A DNA stretch of 63,728 bases, counting the filler, from Lama guanicoe (taxonomy: Eukaryota): the NCBI GenBank assembly GCA_013239625.1. It is 206 parts of 206 records of this genome, joined end to end, with 100 filler letters (N's around TTAATTAATTAA, not from the genome) between each part and the next. Parts side by side here need not be neighbours in the genome. Positions count along the whole stretch, not along the records: positions 61,659 to 61,868 come from PNXV01035813.1; positions 61,969 to 62,178 come from PNXV01035814.1; positions 62,279 to 62,488 come from PNXV01035815.1; positions 62,589 to 62,798 come from PNXV01035816.1; positions 62,899 to 63,108 come from PNXV01035817.1; positions 63,209 to 63,418 come from PNXV01035818.1; positions 63,519 to 63,728 come from PNXV01035819.1; 199 more parts are not named here. The stretch is one strand, 5' to 3'. This document shows, in pieces, positions 61,679-63,728 of this stretch. How positions within the stretch are numbered: the stretch's first letter is position 1; every line of letters starts with the position of its first letter. The position numbers and the translations under genes are program-made. The notes below the pieces were generated by a model. The model saw nothing but the letters and a program-made list of their open reading frames with translations. It was not told the DNA's origin and did not search any database.

Positions 61679-61868
61679 CACAGGTGAGCCACACACAGCG
61701 CCCAGTATGCAGACGCCCCAAGAACACCGGCAGGAGCAAGGCTACAAAAGTCTCCCACGGGTTGCTCCGAGAAACAGCCTCCACGAAGGTGGACGTCTTT
61801 GAATTCACGGCCACGGTGTAACTTCCTGGAGCAAACGGTGTGGTTGGTGAAGTCAAGGTGGTCACTGT
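61679..61868 (-). pseudogene. Possible MUC21/MUC22-like membrane mucin juxtamembrane/TM segment with a 1-nt frameshift
   Basis: Thr/Ser-rich TVTTLTSPTTPF...SKTSTF, then NPWETFVALLLPVFLG. Removing one G from GGGG continues with hydrophobic VCILGAVCG. MUC21/22 have PWEIF/PWAII before the TM helix. Confidence 0.3.
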
Positions 61869-62278
61869 NNNNNNNNNNNNNNNNNNNNNNNNNNNNNNNN
61901 NNNNNNNNNNNNTTAATTAATTAANNNNNNNNNNNNNNNNNNNNNNNNNNNNNNNNNNNNNNNNNNNNTTTGTTTGTTGTTTTTAAGGGAGAGAAAAGCA
62001 GCCTGCTGATATGCTGAGGAAATGATGCAACAGAGAGGGGGCTGTTGTTGATTCAGGGGAGTAAGAGGCTGGAATGCCTGCAATGGCTTCCACCGTGTGG
62101 GAGGGTGCAGGACTTAAAGCATGTGTGGAGGGGTTTGCCTCAAGCTGGTATACACTGTGTATTCAGAGGAAGATGTAGNNNNNNNNNNNNNNNNNNNNNN
62201 NNNNNNNNNNNNNNNNNNNNNNTTAATTAATTAANNNNNNNNNNNNNNNNNNNNNNNNNNNNNNNNNNNNNNNNNNNN

Positions 62279-62488
62279 TCCAGATGGCCAATGAGCACAT
62301 GAAAAGATGCTCAGCATCACCAATTGTCAGAGAAATGCAAATCAAAGCTGCGAAAAGGTATCACATCACACCGGTCAGAATGGCCATCATTCAAGTCCAC
62401 AGATGACAAATGCTGGAGAGACTGTGGAGAAAAGGGAACGCTCCTTCACTGAGGGTGGGAACGTGGTTTGGTGCAGCCATTGTGGAAA
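62279..62488 (+). mobile_element. LINE-1 ORF2 fragment
   Basis: CAGATGGCCAAT..GCACATGAAAAGATGCTCA...AGAGAAATGCAAATCAAA...CACACCGGTCAGAATGGCCATCATT. Confidence 0.92.
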
Positions 62489-62989
62489 NNNNNNNNNNNN
62501 NNNNNNNNNNNNNNNNNNNNNNNNNNNNNNNNTTAATTAATTAANNNNNNNNNNNNNNNNNNNNNNNNNNNNNNNNNNNNNNNNNNNNAATCACTAATAT
62601 GTTAATGTATTATAATAATCATACTACTTAATATAATTATTGTAATTAACCTATCAATGCCTGGAATATAATATTTACAATAACTTGGAATTTTCAGTTA
62701 TTACACCTGGTTTCCTGGCCTAAACTCTCACACCTCCTTAATTCTTTGTTAGTAAAAGTACCACCCAGAACATGGGTCAGATTAAGTTCCTCCAAAATNN
62801 NNNNNNNNNNNNNNNNNNNNNNNNNNNNNNNNNNNNNNNNNNTTAATTAATTAANNNNNNNNNNNNNNNNNNNNNNNNNNNNNNNNNNNNNNNNNNNNAT
62901 ATGCCTTCCTCTTTTTTTTTAAACTGTCACTTGCCAAAAGCTTTTAGCCATTTTTATTTCTTGCTTATCACCAAGGCTTTCACTTTTTT

Positions 62990-63108
62990 TTTAACATAGA
63001 GTCCCATAATAACCTTTTTCTCCCCCCCTCCTGTATTACCCCTCCCGCATTCCCTCACGCCACTGGTAACCACTAGTTTGTTCTCTATCTCTGTGAGTCT
63101 GCTTCTTT
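62990..63108 (-). mobile_element. LINE-1 3'UTR
   Basis: CCACTGGTAACCACTAGTTTGTTCTCTATCTCTGTGAGTCTG. Confidence 0.75.
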
Positions 63109-63518
63109 NNNNNNNNNNNNNNNNNNNNNNNNNNNNNNNNNNNNNNNNNNNNTTAATTAATTAANNNNNNNNNNNNNNNNNNNNNNNNNNNNNNNNNNNN
63201 NNNNNNNNACACAGCCTTCTCTCCAGGTCTGGGGACTGACCACCTGACACGTACAGATGGTCCATTGAGGGACCACGGGAAAGAGCACGGCCAAGGAATC
63301 AGAGAGCCGAGCTCCAGTCCTGACTGGGGCGTGTGACTCAGCCAGTCCCTCCTTGTTCTAAGACCTGGACTTCTGGTGTGAGTGGGGGTCCCTGAGCCCT
63401 TTTAGTGCTAATGACACANNNNNNNNNNNNNNNNNNNNNNNNNNNNNNNNNNNNNNNNNNNNTTAATTAATTAANNNNNNNNNNNNNNNNNNNNNNNNNN
63501 NNNNNNNNNNNNNNNNNN

Positions 63519-63728
63519 GGGAGTTGGATGCAGGCAGTCAAAAGGTGCAAGCTTCTACTTACAAGGCAGATAAGTGCTAGGTACGTGACACGTGTAATTA
63601 ACGCTGCTGTACGTTATGTATGAAAGGTGTTCAGAGAGCAAACCCTCGGAGTTCTCATCACAAGGAAAAAATTGTTTTTCTATTTCTTTTACTTTGTGTC
63701 CATAGGAGATGATGATGGATGTTCATTA
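63519..63728 (+). mobile_element. LINE-1 3'UTR (L1MA/MB-like)
   Basis: GTCAAAAGGT.CAA.CTTC...ATTAAC.CTGCTGTA...GAGTTCTCATCACAAGGAAAAA...GAGATGATG..GGATGTT. Confidence 0.8.

Larger units (their letters stand above)
210..63518. other. 205 synthetic 100-bp contig linkers (N44-TTAATTAATTAA-N44), period 309-310 bp; assembly artefact
   Basis: First linker 210-309, last 63419-63518. The 12-mer is invariant, palindromic, flanked by 44 N on each side and has TAA in all three frames on both strands. Confidence 0.99.

Noticed and set aside
876..62540. The many 60-87 aa ORFs in the supplied track
   Set aside because: Most reach the length cutoff only by reading through 44 N. Apart from CYP2J, LEF1, Tigger1, L1 and the mucin-like piece, I recognise no protein.
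210..63518. CRISPR-like array of a constant palindromic repeat with unique equal-length spacers
   Set aside because: The repeat sits inside N padding, the 'spacers' are about 210-bp mammalian fragments, and there are no cas genes. It is a synthetic linker.

Overview
This window is not a contiguous locus. It is an artificial concatenation of 206 short contigs (208-210 bp), joined by 205 identical 100-bp linkers (N44-TTAATTAATTAA-N44; the palindromic 12-mer puts a stop in all six frames). The DNA is mammalian (MIR, L2, L1, MaLR/ERV LTRs, Tigger/MER elements). A tRNA-derived SINE resembling the camelid vic-1 type points to a camel, llama or alpaca genome. Neighbouring contigs are unrelated, so gene order means nothing here and nearly all listed ORFs are spurious read-throughs into N runs. 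Recognisable genic fragments: exon 1 of a CYP2J P450; the 5' end and PSE promoter of a U1 snRNA gene; and a LEF1 exon joined, exactly at its exon boundary, to foreign sequence without a GT donor. Also present are two assembly-bubble pairs with exactly 49 identical bases on each flank, two diverged copies of an unassigned satellite-like repeat, several minisatellites, and a few low-confidence exon candidates. I found no support for a novel multi-gene system, and the CRISPR-like periodicity is an artefact. Repeat family names are from recalled consensus sequences, not from a search.
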